64,000 nucleotides of DNA, from the NCBI GenBank assembly GCA_000934665.2, contig JYFJ02001951.1:1-64000 (forward strand), given 5' to 3'. Every line of letters begins with the position of its first letter. The stretch's first letter is position 1. Below are positions 51,801 through 64,000 of this stretch, in pieces. Made by a program: the position numbers and the translations under genes. Source of the stretch: Catajapyx aquilonaris (lineage: Eukaryota). Under the pieces are notes generated by a model. That model had not been told where the DNA came from. It worked only from the letters and a program-made list of their open reading frames with translations, and did not search any database.

Positions 51801-52427
51801 CCTGCTGGGGTGCCATCACTGGCTGTCAACCTGCTGGCCACCAGTCACGGCTACTTCAACCAGAGCCTCCGCCGTGAGCTGTTCTCAGCACTAGGATGTG
51901 CTCAGACTCCCAAGTACGAGTCCTTCCTCAACCTGGCCTCTGACCCTTACCTTTGGGACAAGGTGTCCTGGTGCTTCTTCCCAGGGTCCAGCTTCTTCAA
52001 GTTGACTGCTCGCCTCGCTGCAGTGGAGCGGGAAGTCGGAGAGTACGTAACAAGTGTGACCAGGTCCAAGGCTTGGTTGACAGACTTTAACATCCGCCAC
52101 AATTTCTCAAGTCCAATGAGGCTTGAAGAAGCCCTGGCCGACCACCCTAGAATATACCACACGGTACTCCTGCTGCTCAAGACAGCCAAGGAGGCACTAG
52201 GTGAAGTTTTTGACATTTACACCGTTGCCGAGTGGATCGAGCAGAAGGTGTACCCGATGCTCAAGAGCCTGGAGGACATCGAGAAGGTGGCGCAGAGCAT
52301 GAAGGAGGTGAAGGTGTGGCCTGCGAGGCCATTCCCGCCTCTGGGACATCTCAAGAAATATGGCATTTCCCTGGAAGAAAAGACCGGGAACAACAACAGT
52401 GCTCAGCCCAACAGGCTGGGCTACTGA
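48856..52427 (+). CDS. GH20 hexosaminidase D-like protein with N-terminal signal anchor (type II membrane), 2 coding exons, ~736 aa
   Basis: Exon 48856-49239 (WRRKSTILGACAGLVVLLLCVQY hydrophobic anchor; donor GCC|gtgagt) splices in phase 0 to exon 50601-52427. GH20/HEXD motifs are RLVHLDLKGAPP, LLLEWEDMYP, VIPLVQTFGHLEF, catalytic HIGCDE, IIWDDMLR, WSASAFKGA and TGWQRYDHFAVLCELLP. Confidence 0.92.
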
Positions 52428-53507
52428 ATTCATTGTTGCCAGGAATGAGAGGGGAAGAGAGAAGGCGTGGTCATCGCCTCAGGAAACTTCTACCAAAGGC
52501 ATTTACGTGTGGAAAGTGTGCTCCTGTGATAGTACTTTTGCGACTGAATTTACACAAGGTTCCCTCGTCAGAACTCAGCGGTTGTAGATCGTTACGTGAT
52601 GTTGTCTCTATTGTTGAAAATAATATAGATACTGTTGCCAGCCACACTGTTATATCTCTGGTTTTTTTGGAGGTGCTTAGCAAAGTTTGTGAACAACGGT
52701 GAGCAAAAATCCACAAATCTACATTGTGAAATATTGTAAGGCAGGAATTGATTATTTTTTATTATTACATCTGATCATAGATTAACATCACCTTTAAAGG
52801 TATTTCCAAGAACGACAGGACATTGAGGAAGTAGTAGGAAATGTTACTTTCTAAGCACCGCCATGTAAATTATGAAATTAACAATGATGCAATTAGGAGT
52901 AATGGCACGTTAGGCACTTATGCTACGAATGAGCATGCAGGGAGAATAATTGCTTGGAGTGTTACAGAAAACATTCCTTTTCGATCCAGAACATTATGCC
53001 ATACTTCCAGTAAAAGGTGTGCATTGTCCCAGCTTGCCATGCAGGAGAGTGGCCGTGGCTTGATTGATCCTGGCACGTATGCCGTAACTTTTACTTGGGA
53101 TTTGAACTCTCTCTTTGTCAATGGCATTGTGGCATAATGCTGCAGATACGCTGAAACTGCAGTTAATCTGCAAAATTATGCTCGCATTTTTACCACCAGT
53201 ACTCTGCTGCAACTAGTGTGACCCTGTTCATCTGGTGATTTTAAGGTCTCATAGAGTTTTACGTGCTTTTACAGGCGCCCATTAACTGATAGTTGTCATT
53301 CGCCATGCAGTAGTGCTGATATGTTCATTGCAGATATAACCTATAATTAATTGGCCAGTACTTTGCGACCAACATTGCATCATAACGTAAAATTATACGA
53401 CATCCAAGTAACATGGTGTGTTGTGATAGCCTCTTCTCATTATTTGTTGACTCGTGATTTATCTCCCTCGTCCCCAACAACTTGTTGCAAAAGGAGTCAG
53501 AAGAAAT

Positions 53508-53581
53508 AAATAGAATACATCCGAAAGAGTCGCAATGTATGTTTCACTATACATTGCGACCCTTTCGAATGTGTGCTATTT
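53508..53581. repeat. 74-nt hairpin (33-bp stem, 8-nt loop)
   Basis: AAATAGAATACATCCGAAAGAGTCGCAATGTAT-gtttcact-ATACATTGCGACCCTTTCGAATGTGTGCTATTT; 29 of 33 positions are Watson-Crick pairs. Confidence 0.85.
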
Positions 53582-55465
53582 GCTAGCCTGTATACAGATA
53601 TTAATAATTGGTAATTTTTTGAAAGCAAATGAATAATTATCTTCCATCGTCATTACTAGAGCAGTCTTATTGAAACCCTAATGGTGCATGAGGGCGTAGA
53701 CTTCATCTGGCAGCTTATTCTAAATAGTTTTATTCCCCTTCCCCAATCACTATAAATACACCCTGCAAAATGTTTCTGAAGTAATGTGTACGTATATTAT
53801 GGGACGTTAGTGTTAGGAGTCAGTGACATTTGGGACCAGAGAAAACAATGTGATGTAATTCCTTGTGTTTGGTGAGTTGTTACATGCATCCCAGGCACTA
53901 ACTTCTGATGGACATATCAATAATTCTCGTTATTGCGTCTGCAATAGATATACTGACAGAGAACTTTAATGAGCAAAGATGTTGCTGGTATTTTTGTCTG
54001 CAAAGTGATATCTGTGTGATTTTGATCCACATTGGATTGGTGTACATACGTTTGTGCCAAAGCTGCAGTCGTGTAGCGTAATGTACTTAACAGTGTCCAC
54101 ATGTTTTGGATAATATTGTACTACTGATACATTGTAAGGAAGTCTATTAATATGCCCTAGATTATACTGTATTCTGTAAAATGGTGCACATAATTATGTC
54201 CACCTCTGGTAGTTATTCCACGTTGGACTCATCTGCTGAGGCTGTCTTCCAAAACATGCTTATGCACGAAACTATGCTAAATGAAATAATTGGAATTTAT
54301 TTGAGCGAAGCAAACGTTATTATGACCTTTCTGAATGCATTTCTTACTCTTCTCACATTTTGATAATCATTCTTTGAATTCTTGCTGAACGTACGATGGC
54401 AGTAGATGAGCTTCTCTTTTCAAATAACTACTGGGAGGTTTGGGTAATAATGAGATCAGTGAATTGTATACTGATACTTTTATGTGCAGATGTTTAAAAA
54501 AAAGTTACATAATAATATGTACTTATCTGACTTGTGTAACATGAGTGAATCTGTAGTATTACGTCAGATCGAGACACGAGTAGTTCTAAAGTAGTTTCTG
54601 GAATGTACAGGATAATGACTGAGTAATTAATTCAAAAGTAACAGCTCCAAAAATTCGTTATGCCAGAGATTTGTAATTTATGCAGTGCCCATTTGAAAGT
54701 AAAATTGTAATTACTATTTGGCTATTTAGTACTTGACACGCATTTTTCATTAAAACAGGATTGGAATTACTGTACTCGTCACTAATTAAAATACTAGCAG
54801 TGCTATTGCAGAGCAGTGGACTTGACAGTATAGTGACGCTGACAGCCTCATTAAATTTTAGAAGTTCTAGCTATTTAATTACTGATTCCACATTAGGCTG
54901 TACTCGACCTGCCTGCCTTTTCTCACGTCGTGCTGCTGCGTGTAATCCAAGGCCTTTTTCCTTACAATTAATAATTACAAAAGTAATCAACATAAAAGTC
55001 ATTTTGATACCAGAAATTTATTTACTAGTATTATTATATGCTTTGGAAAATTACTGTTCTCAAGAATGCCATTGCAGGGAAGATTGCAGTCAGTATAACT
55101 TAAATGTGATTTGGATACCACAAGTACTAGTTTTTGTGTGTGCATGTGTCGGAAGATGTTTTGGACACTTGGTACCGCATGTGTACATATTTTGCATTAA
55201 TAATTGTTGCAGGAAGAGTACTGAAATTCGGATAATCTGTGGAGGTGCCAAATAACACGGGCACATTAAATACGTAGGAAATGAAAGTAATGGAAGGTAC
55301 CTATATGAATAAAGTACGAATAATTATATAAATTGCTGTGAATTGGATAGGGTGTCCCCCAAATGTGCGTTTGTTCTACAATATGTGCGACGATGTTTTG
55401 CAGAAATAGACCAGCAACCCGGCTGTGTATTCAGGTGTTCAGGCCAATTATTTGCATAATCTGTC

Positions 55466-55490
55466 CACACACACACACACACACACACAC
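55466..55490. repeat. (CA)n microsatellite
   Basis: Direct reading. A similar (CA)n(GA)n tract lies at ~47577-47605. Confidence 0.9.
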
Positions 55491-56367
55491 TGATTGTCTG
55501 ATGCGGCGAAAAATAAAGCAACATTAAACAACACGCTATTGAAGGATTTTCCGACCTTCCATTATTATACCGGTGATTTTTACCTGCTCCAGTGATTTTT
55601 CTGTAGTAATTTTGTTGCAAAATCGTCGACATTGTTTTGCGCCAATCTTTGCACATTCTTCCTAGGTGTCCCTGGAGGTATTGTGTGCGTGTCTTATGTG
55701 AACAGATATATGATTAATTATTCCAGGCCTGTAACACCTGTGCGGTTCCATTCGTATGTTTGGCCCTTTTTTTGCGAAACATTGTCCATGTATGGTTACA
55801 TAATGTATTGTATGTCTCCCTATTTAGGGAGTGCCTGTGAAAGTAATGGTTGTTGTTGTTTTTCTATTACCAGTGTTTTAAATATATAGTCTCTCGTTTT
55901 CAGTGTATAAATGTCTAATAAAAATGATACCTTTAAATCCATATAGTGTTGAAGCGCGTATATGACAAAACTGTACAGTGCAGTAATTTGTGCGTATATA
56001 ATGTAATTTTGGGAATAATAAATAATATATAATACGACGCATCGTTTCATTACGTTTGCTACATTGGGCTTGTATACATGAATTGTTGGGTACACCCTGT
56101 ATATAATGTACGTATATATCAATGGAGCATTGCATCACTGTAGCGTGTGAATCACTGCGATTCCTGGTAACCGCGTTGGCCTTTTTTTCCCGAAAAAAAT
56201 CCCTCAGTACGACACCAGTACGTACGTACATGAAAACGTAGCACCTTTTTCAGTGCGAATCGATTTGATCGACGTTGTGTTACCAGGAGACTCGTCGCAA
56301 CACCCAGTTTTTTTAAAAAAAGGTCTGGCAGCGATCACGCCATGTTATTAGTGACAGCACCAGCAGG

Positions 56368-59217
56368 ATGGAGAGCAGCGGATCGGTCAAGGTTCAGCTG
56401 ACCGCCGTGATGGTGAACGGCACCACACTGGTCACCTACGAGACGGACAGGTCGGGTCAGGTGGCGGTGACCTCCTTCCTGGTCATCCTCTTCTCGGCGT
56501 CGATGGCCTGCAACTTCCTGGTCATCGTCACCGTCTGTCTCAGCCACTCCTTAAGACGGCTGACCTTTAACCTCCTGCTGCTCAACCTCTGCGTGACCAG
56601 CATCTGCGACGCTGTCAACATGGCCCTCTCGGCAGTGTACGTCGTCCTGCTGAGCACAGCCAGTCCGACCTTCTGCGCGGTCAGCACCACCACGGGTCAG
56701 GTGGCGGTCACCATGCTGACCTGGGCAATCCTGGTGCTTTGGGTCGACCGGACATTGGCCGTGTGTCATCCGACTTTCTACAATGCGACGGTCACTCTAG
56801 GTGTCCTCCGAGTGGTGCTGGCCATCGTCTGGCTCTCCGGAGTCCTCCTGTGCTTCCCTGTGGTATTCAGCATGATACGAAGCGCACCGTACAAGGACCG
56901 GTTCTGTTGTGGTGTAGCCGATCCGGGTGGGTACGTCTACACTGCCGGAGTGTCCGTCGTTGGGTTCCTGGTGCCCTATTTGACTGTGGTGCTCTGTGCG
57001 TTGCGGGTGTACGTCGCGTACCGGCGGCACCGACGGAAGATGGCCAAACGAGTGTTCACCGCCGGGGGACTATGGACCAACGAGCTGCCCAATTTGACCG
57101 TACTGGTCGTACTTGGAGTACTGTACGTCCTTCTGGTGCTACCGCATGTCCTGACGGTACAGATACAACAGCTGTCATACAATGGGACGACTACAAAAGA
57201 GGTATTTGTTACATTTTGTAGAGGAATTATTAATGTTTTAATTACGATTAAATTAAGGCTCAGCAGGAGATCGTGACTGGTACGCACGACTCGATATGCA
57301 TCTGGCTGCGGTACATCTACTCTGCTCTGGTACCTGCCGTGGTCCTGGCAATGCGGAAGGAGATCCGGAGCAAGGCGGAGACACTCTTCTGCTGCTGCTG
57401 CACCAACAATGGTCTGTACCAAAGGCCGATTAGGGCCTATGTCAAGAAGGAGGAGGTCAAGGTCATCAGCAGGAAGTCCTCTGCGTTTAAAGAGGTGGCC
57501 AGTGTCAAGACCCCTGTCCTGTTCGTGACCTCTCAAGGGCTGCACCTGAGGTTACTCCACGAGCAGTTCGAAGGTTTCTCCGACCACCTGGACCAGCTGG
57601 AGATGACCAGGTCCAACTGGTCACTCGAGCCAAGGTTCAAGTGCGAGTTCTGCGACCTGTTCCTGCCGTTGAACACGGATGAGCCGGATGAGGCCGGTTC
57701 GTCGTTGGTTGGCTCGACATCGACAGTGACGACTGACGTGAGCAGGACGTTCAGACAGGACATGTCCGACATCCAGCGGGTGACTGCTCGGTCCCATCGT
57801 TACTCCAGCATATCCAACCTGGCCGACACTGCCTTGAGTCTTACGGCCAGGAATGGACGGAGGAGTGTGGTCAGTCGATCAGAGAGCAGCCTCAGGAAAT
57901 CTCAATCGACCAGAAGCTTCTCCGATGCAGCTCTCGGTGAGTTAAGTGGTGCAACTCGAGTGTTTGGCTCCTTCCTTAGCTTTGTTACTAATCCAACAAG
58001 TGCCACACCAGGTTGGCGTCGAGATGGTTTATTTTTATGCGATGAAAGGGCTATTGTGTGTACCGTTCTGCTTAGGTCACTTCTGGATACAAGAGCAGAG
58101 TCAACATGCACTTTTTCTCACAAGTTCAGATTGATTCTTGTTCCGGGAGAAAGAAAAAAGGTAGCTCACATTTTACTTGCTCAAAATATCACAAAGCTTA
58201 CATGTGCATTTGAGTTGTTGGGGGGGGGGGGGTGCAATAATTATGCGTGAGTCATTACGCCATATGCAAATGTGTATGATCAACTGAACATGTCAAAAAA
58301 ACAGACGACTCCTAGGATTCAGTGGATTAAAATATAAGGTGATCATATCATAACGAACGAGCCAAAATCCGGAAACGTCTCCTAAATTAAATAAATAAAC
58401 GCAAAGACCAATAAAATAATATGTAACTTACGAGTAATAAATTGCTTCAAGCAAGAAGAACTGTTTTTAAAAAACATTGAAATCGATCCGATTAAGTAGG
58501 TGTCTTATTGAGTCACATGTATGCTATGAAGGGTGCGATAAAAGTGTCTATAAATTGATTTCGTTATTGAGCTTTCATTCATGTCTTGGCGGGTTATGGT
58601 CAAGGTTTTTTGTTTTTTTTTGCAACAACACGGAATGAACTATATGTACGTATAATCAAAGTCAGATAAGCTGCTCTGATTGCAGCCAGTGTACTGTATA
58701 CGCATCGCTCTATTTACAGGGGTGCACGAAACATGATTCATGCTTCTATTCATGATAATTATTGTTTACAAAGGACATGCCATGATGAGGTTTAATCACA
58801 TCATCAAGTACAGTACATGGGCTACTGCAGGCATGTTCTTCACAGTACTTGATGTGCACGGCAATGGAATTTGTCAAAGGTTCCCTCAACATATTACAGG
58901 CCAATGACATATTGCTCATTATTTTGAACTCGGCATTGATATGACTCGGGATATTACGAGTATTTTACGGATCACAGCCTTTAGCATGTGATTGATGCCG
59001 ATGTGTATGACTCTAAAATATAGATTAAGTCTGTTGCGGCTTATTAATAACCAGTGAAAGGAGGCTTATTGTATTTTACATACTGGAACTTGATTTTCCA
59101 GGTCCGCCTCCCCCATCATCGTCCCGCATCAGCCAAGTGAATCAGGATCACTCGTCTTCCACAGGAATAATCAACAATCCGTCGGTACAACACTCGGTTG
59201 TCAGTGAGGATGCGTGA
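56368..59217 (+). CDS. Orphan rhodopsin-like (class A) GPCR with long Ser-rich C-terminal tail, 3 exons, ~540 aa
   Basis: Exons 56368-57201, 57258-57936 and 59102-59217, phases consistent. Seven hydrophobic segments. Features include the TM1 Asn (ACNFLV), TM3 Cys and DRT, TM4 W..P, ECL2 Cys, TM5 GFLVPY, TM6 LP, a CCCC palmitoylation-like cluster after helix 8 and an N-terminal NGT sequon. The specific subfamily was not identified. Confidence 0.82.
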
Positions 59218-60098
59218 TTATTTTTTTGTGTAATTTGTAATTTGAGGACAAAGTGCGTAAAGGTGATTTCCAGCTGAAAAAATGGAATGAACTAAGAACA
59301 TGGGACGAATATGCAAGACCTCGAATCCGGGTTGCGTGGTTATTATTTGTAATTAGAGTCACATGAGATCTGCATTACTTATTGCTGAGATGGCCAATTT
59401 AAGCTTCGATTGTGTAACTAATGTGGTGTTGAATTTATGGTAATATTTTTTTTACAAAAATTTCTTCTTTTACCCTGCTGCACTTAAGCCCTATTTTTTC
59501 TGCAGCCACTCCTTGTCAATTTCCAAAATGATGTTTTGCGAGATTGATTCTACATGTTAATTGTTGGAGACGATATTGCATCAGTACAAAATTTCATGCA
59601 CGAACTATTGCAGTTGGGCCTATTTAGAATACAGTTTATTCGTACTCTATCAGTGGCAGACAATGACGGCAAACAATAAAATGACGTCATAATAATGGTT
59701 ACACGAGATGTGGACGGATTCACATCCGATCTATTTGAAATTGTGAATAAAGGGCGATGACGGTTGTCAATGACGAACAGATTTATGCCATTGTTTTGGG
59801 CGGTGTTTATTGAACCTTTTTAGATATTACATAGTTTGCTGTCGCACCCCCTTTTTTGACATGACTTCAAAAGCGACGACCAGTGTCATCAAGCACGCAG
59901 ATTATCCCGGAGGACAGTGAGCAGACAATTTTCTAACCCTTTGTGTGAGAGGAACTAGCGAGTTAATAAGGTGCCAGAAATGTACAGAGCAACACAATTG
60001 TGTGGTGGGTGCATTTTGAGAATTCGAGACATCTCGTTGTGCTGCCAGAAAGTTCAATAGTCTATAGATCTATCTTGGTGCAGAATGAGACCAGCATG

Positions 60099-60649
60099 TT
60101 ACTTGAGGTACTTCTGGCATTCCAGAAAGCGCTGGGCTTCATTCTGGAAGGAAATAATATGGATGGTAAGGTTACTGATTTTTTGACAAATAGTCATTTG
60201 GGTCTTCATAAAGGGTGCTCTATACAATTATTCACAGCCAGATCACTTTAGAAAGAGTTATCCGGAAGCATCCTCATGATCAAGGTCTGTTTTATGAGTT
60301 GGCCAGTTTGGACATTCAATCGCACAACCTTCTTCGTGTGTTATTAATTTCAGTCAAATGCACACAGACGGGATGGGAGCAACACAGAAACGACAAGGTC
60401 GTGTCCCCAGTGTGTATTCTATAGTGATGTTGTAAGTACCTGGACCAGCTTGTAAATGTAGAGGATGTTGTCCATGGAGTTCCTGCATGCAGCGTCCGCC
60501 GAAACCCCGTTGCTGCTGCTGCTCTCGGATGACCTCTTGCCCCAGCTGGGAGAAAAGTTGACCTGAGCTGAGGCCAAGGAGGACAGGAGAAGAAGGGAGC
60601 ACACCAGAGGCGCCAACACCGCCATCAGAGTCGAGGATCGTTGCTTCAT
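60099..60649 (-). CDS. Akh: Adipokinetic hormone (AKH/RPCH family) prepropeptide, 2 coding exons, 84 aa; mature peptide pQVNFSPSW-NH2
   Basis: Exons 60649-60440 and 60143-60099. The precursor reads: signal peptide (..LLLLSSLASA), QVNFSPSW, G-KR amidation/cleavage site, then a precursor-related peptide with two Cys (CRNSMDNILYIYKLVQ|NEAQRFLECQKYLK). This is the standard insect AKH precursor architecture. Confidence 0.96.
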
Positions 60650-60989
60650 TGCCTGCAATTAACAACAGAAAACAAGGTAAGTCCAAATAATGTCAGAGAG
60701 TGCAAAGATGGGTTCACACGTTGTGGTTTGGTGGCCTGCGACAGTAGATCCAACCGCAACGACAACGACGTCCATGTGATAAAAAAAATTTAATGTTTCC
60801 CCAACTCCATTCGACTGGCAGCTCAATCACATGGCATGAACTGGCTCAATTTACTTTGACAACTCGTTTATGACTTTTGTTGGCGCAAAACAGGTGCCCT
60901 CACTGTTGTGCGAAAACCATAAAAGCGGTTTTCCAAATGGCATGCTGACTGTTGTTGGAAACAACTTTGATTGGGTCGATTGGGCCACA

Positions 60990-61043
60990 CTGCCATTCCC
61001 CGAACTTAACCAATTAGGAGTTATTTGGGCGCAAATCAAAGGT
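60990..61043 (+). pseudogene. Possible decayed Tc1/IS630-like DDE transposase fragment in Akh intron 1
   Basis: LPFPELNQLGVIWAQIKG resembles the P..PELNPIE.IW..IK motif around the third catalytic residue. There is no intact ORF. Confidence 0.35.
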
Positions 61044-61550
61044 GCAATTTGTGCAAGTGCTAATTGATGTCTGGACCGGAAGCATTTATAGGGTTACAAA
61101 ATTGCTGTGTGGTATTGTTTCCAAACCGTTACATTTTGACCAGTTTGCAGTTTTTATAATATACTGAATGAGTGAGATGATTTTCTCGACCGTTATTCTT
61201 TTGGGATCTGATGCGCTTGCATTATTTGCTACAGCAGAACATTGGAAGAGTGATGCGAGACCAGTTTCATCGGATTTTAACTCGGCATGTTATGCACAAG
61301 CGCAATGCAATTTTGACACATTCAGAGGAAATTGAGGGAAATAATTTCTCCAAAGTTGCCCTAAATTCTCAGATCACCTTCAGTCAGGGCTTCAGCGTTC
61401 AATATAAGGAGTGTACAGGCAAATATAATATTATATTGTTGGTTGACAATTGGTATCCTGGCAAGTGTCCAGACTTTAGGTCACCATCGACACCATGTAT
61501 TACTATACTGTACTGTACAATACCACAGCAAGGGTCAAAAGGCGTCTTAC

Positions 61551-61669
61551 CTCGAATGATACGTAGCAGATCGTTCCCAGGGAGAGGTGAAGAGTGCTTT
61601 GTCAGAAGTTGTCTGTCGGTTGTTCCCAAGCTGGCTGTTCTGCTGCCTACCTGTCCTCTGCTTCTTATA
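61551..61669 (-). promoter_or_regulatory. Putative Akh TATA promoter and non-coding first exon
   Basis: TATAAGA starts at 61669 on the minus strand. An ATG-free segment of ~90 nt ends in the strong donor CGAG|gtaag at 61551/61550. The matching acceptor (ttaattgcag) lies 3 nt upstream of the Akh ATG. Confidence 0.6.
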
Positions 61670-64000
61670 GTTGGGGCCTATGGGGTTGCAGGGGGGTGAG
61701 TGGGTGGAAAAGGTGGGAGGACTATCATGGAGAGAAGCGCAGATCTGTGAAGTAGTTTCTTCCACGCATGATGCTCCAACTCTTCCTTTTTGGAGTCACT
61801 CAGCCTTTATTGAAGGGCACCTTTGTGATTAACACTGTCAACTTAATCAGGCTTGATTGGTCCCCTTCAGGTACCAATCAAAGTTATTGGCCTTTTTCTA
61901 CGTATTCTCCTTTTTGTATTGTCAACAACCTCGGATTCCTTATGAACAATGCGCAGTACAGGCTCTTGCTTTTATTTGATGGGTATTGAGAGATACGTTT
62001 TTGTTCTATTTTTTCTCTCCTCTGGATCTGCCTTTGGACCAGCCCGCTGTGGAATCCCAATTTTGGTCCAAGTACAGTGTGGGATGCTGCATCACTTCAA
62101 CATCAAAAAGACCTTGTACTTTGTCTTGTCCGGTCTAGTACATTCACCTTCATGAAAAGAATTGCTGAGAATCGTACGCATGCATGGAAAGTAATGATTT
62201 GTGAAAGCACTGATAAGATATATGTATGGATACAATGCCGTTATATGTTTCGTCCGAAACTCTTTATGACGTAAGTACAGTATATAGTACTGAGGGAAAG
62301 GTTGCTGGAAAAGTAATTCCTTCGACTTAATATTTCCCTGCCTCGACGTACTGTACAAAGATAATCCGCATATTGCAATGTTGCTTTCACTTGTTAATTC
62401 CACTGGCCTCGGCATTTACCAAGCTGCATATATTATTAATCCACTTCTTTTTTAAAAAATAGGCGCGATAGTAATTGAGCCTGGTACTATAATTTGCGGA
62501 TGTGGTGTATATACGTTTGACAGGTTTAGTGCTTGGAATGAGTTTTCTCCGCCAGAAAGAGTAAATGAAAGGATATTGCGCCCTTTTACGCCTGGCCAAA
62601 CGCGCGTTCTCGAGAGAAATACGATGGCACAAGATGGATGGTTTGGCCTCATATATGCCATGTACCATTGGAATTTAATGTGGACGAGGATGTGATGGGT
62701 AGGCAGGCACTGGGGGGTACGGCATGGGGGCGGCGGGTCTGGGGCATATAAAGGAGACCTTCTCAGAAACACCCACTTCTTATCGAACCCCTTTTTTTTT
62801 AAAAAAAAAAAACTAATATGAAAACAGTCGTTAATCGCAATTATTGGAATAACAAGAAAATGTTTGTTGAGCGGGATCCTGCTGATGCACACACGAAGCA
62901 TATAAATGGGATTTTCGACAGGTAACCGGAGGCCAAATTGAATTAAAATGATGTGAACTGAAGAATGGCGCAGATTCACGCATGGTTTGCACGATGTGTA
63001 TACGCCACACTTGCTCATGAATAGGTCTTATGGACATGAATAATGCAAGGGAATGGAAAACAGCGACATGCATTTATGCGACTTATGCTTTCATATCATT
63101 ACAACAAGTGGTTTATAACTAATACAGCAGTTACTGATGTAGCCTACATTACGCTAAGTTGAATATTAAAATTTGAAATGTAGTTAAAATGTGGGGTCTG
63201 TTTGCGCATTTTGCATTTTACCTCTGCCACATATAGAAAGATCGTGCATGTTTACTACGAGTACGGCATTATCTGACAGTGAAATTAAAATATCACGGTT
63301 TAAAGCACCATTTATGACATTCATTATTCAAGAACTTGTTGCTCTTTCGCATGGAATTTTATTTTCTGAACCTGAGCGGAAATTGCAACTCTCCTGGGGG
63401 AGTTTTCCAAGCACTTTTTATTTGCCAATAATACCAGTTGTAGCTCATCATTTTAGAGGGGAAATATTTCACAATTTCAGTTCTTTTTTGCATGATTATT
63501 CTTCCAAATCTGCTATAGCTTGTCAATCAAATGCACACACAAGGCATTCTAATTTCATATCTTCAAAACGATTGGTTTCTTCGCGGAGTGAATAACATTT
63601 CATGCATGTTGTATACTGCATAGACCGCCTACATCAAAAAGAGTATAGATATCGGAAGACTCCATATATAGATGCTGGAGGAGTCAACCTTGGTCAAAGC
63701 AACAACACCATCTTTAGATTTTACTAATTCCTCCCAAAACCAGCATGTCCACATGATATCTTGGCTACCACAAAACCACATAGTATGGAAGCATGTAATG
63801 GAAGAATTGAACATGCAATCCACACTGAATGTTATAGCGCTAATGTAACTACACATATAAGTCATCTGCGCCAGACTTATAAGCTGTTGATTGCTGCAAG
63901 CAAAAGTTACAGCATTTTCCTATATCTTTGATGCGACGCGACGAAAGAAAACATGATTACATTATTTCCTACGCAGAATAGAAAAAATATATATAGAAAT

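Noticed and set aside
6912..52427. Sialic-acid catabolism cluster (aldolase with GSTGE + sialin-like + hexosaminidase)
   Set aside because: The aldolase is collinear with HOGA1 rather than N-acetylneuraminate lyase, GSTGE is not diagnostic, and unrelated genes lie between the three.
57937..58250. Read-through of GPCR exon 2 to the stop at 58250
   Set aside because: A consensus donor G|GTGAGT at 57936/57937 and a phase-compatible terminal exon at 59102 explain it better, and the composition turns intron-like.
56368..60649. Adjacent GPCR as the receptor for the neighbouring AKH
   Set aside because: Known AKH receptors belong to the GnRH-receptor family and keep canonical TM6 CWxPY and TM7 NPxxY motifs. 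This GPCR lacks them, and adjacency alone is not evidence.

Overview
Gene-dense eukaryotic DNA from a pancrustacean arthropod, most likely a hexapod judging by the AKH precursor. Most introns are short (~50-100 nt). I reconstructed ten spliced protein-coding genes by hand, and all exon phases close: HOGA1 (-), NUP133 (-), NHLRC2 (+), a C17orf75/Njmu-R1 homologue (-), PPIL3 (+), a sialin-like SLC17 transporter (+), a SPEF1 gene (-) that the ORF track shows only as fragments, a membrane-anchored GH20 HEXD-type hexosaminidase (+), a divergent orphan class-A GPCR (+) and an adipokinetic hormone precursor encoding pQVNFSPSW-amide (-). Non-coding signals of note are: a 43-bp minisatellite filling the NUP133/NHLRC2 bidirectional promoter and amplifying a motif shared with the second bidirectional promoter; two inferred GC-AG introns; X-box and CLEAR-like sites; an orphan TATA+Inr promoter near 2.26 kb; and several 75-nt hairpins and MITE-like remnants. 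There is no prokaryotic system, CRISPR array, rRNA or recognisable tRNA. Homology calls come from recalled family motifs, not from database searches.
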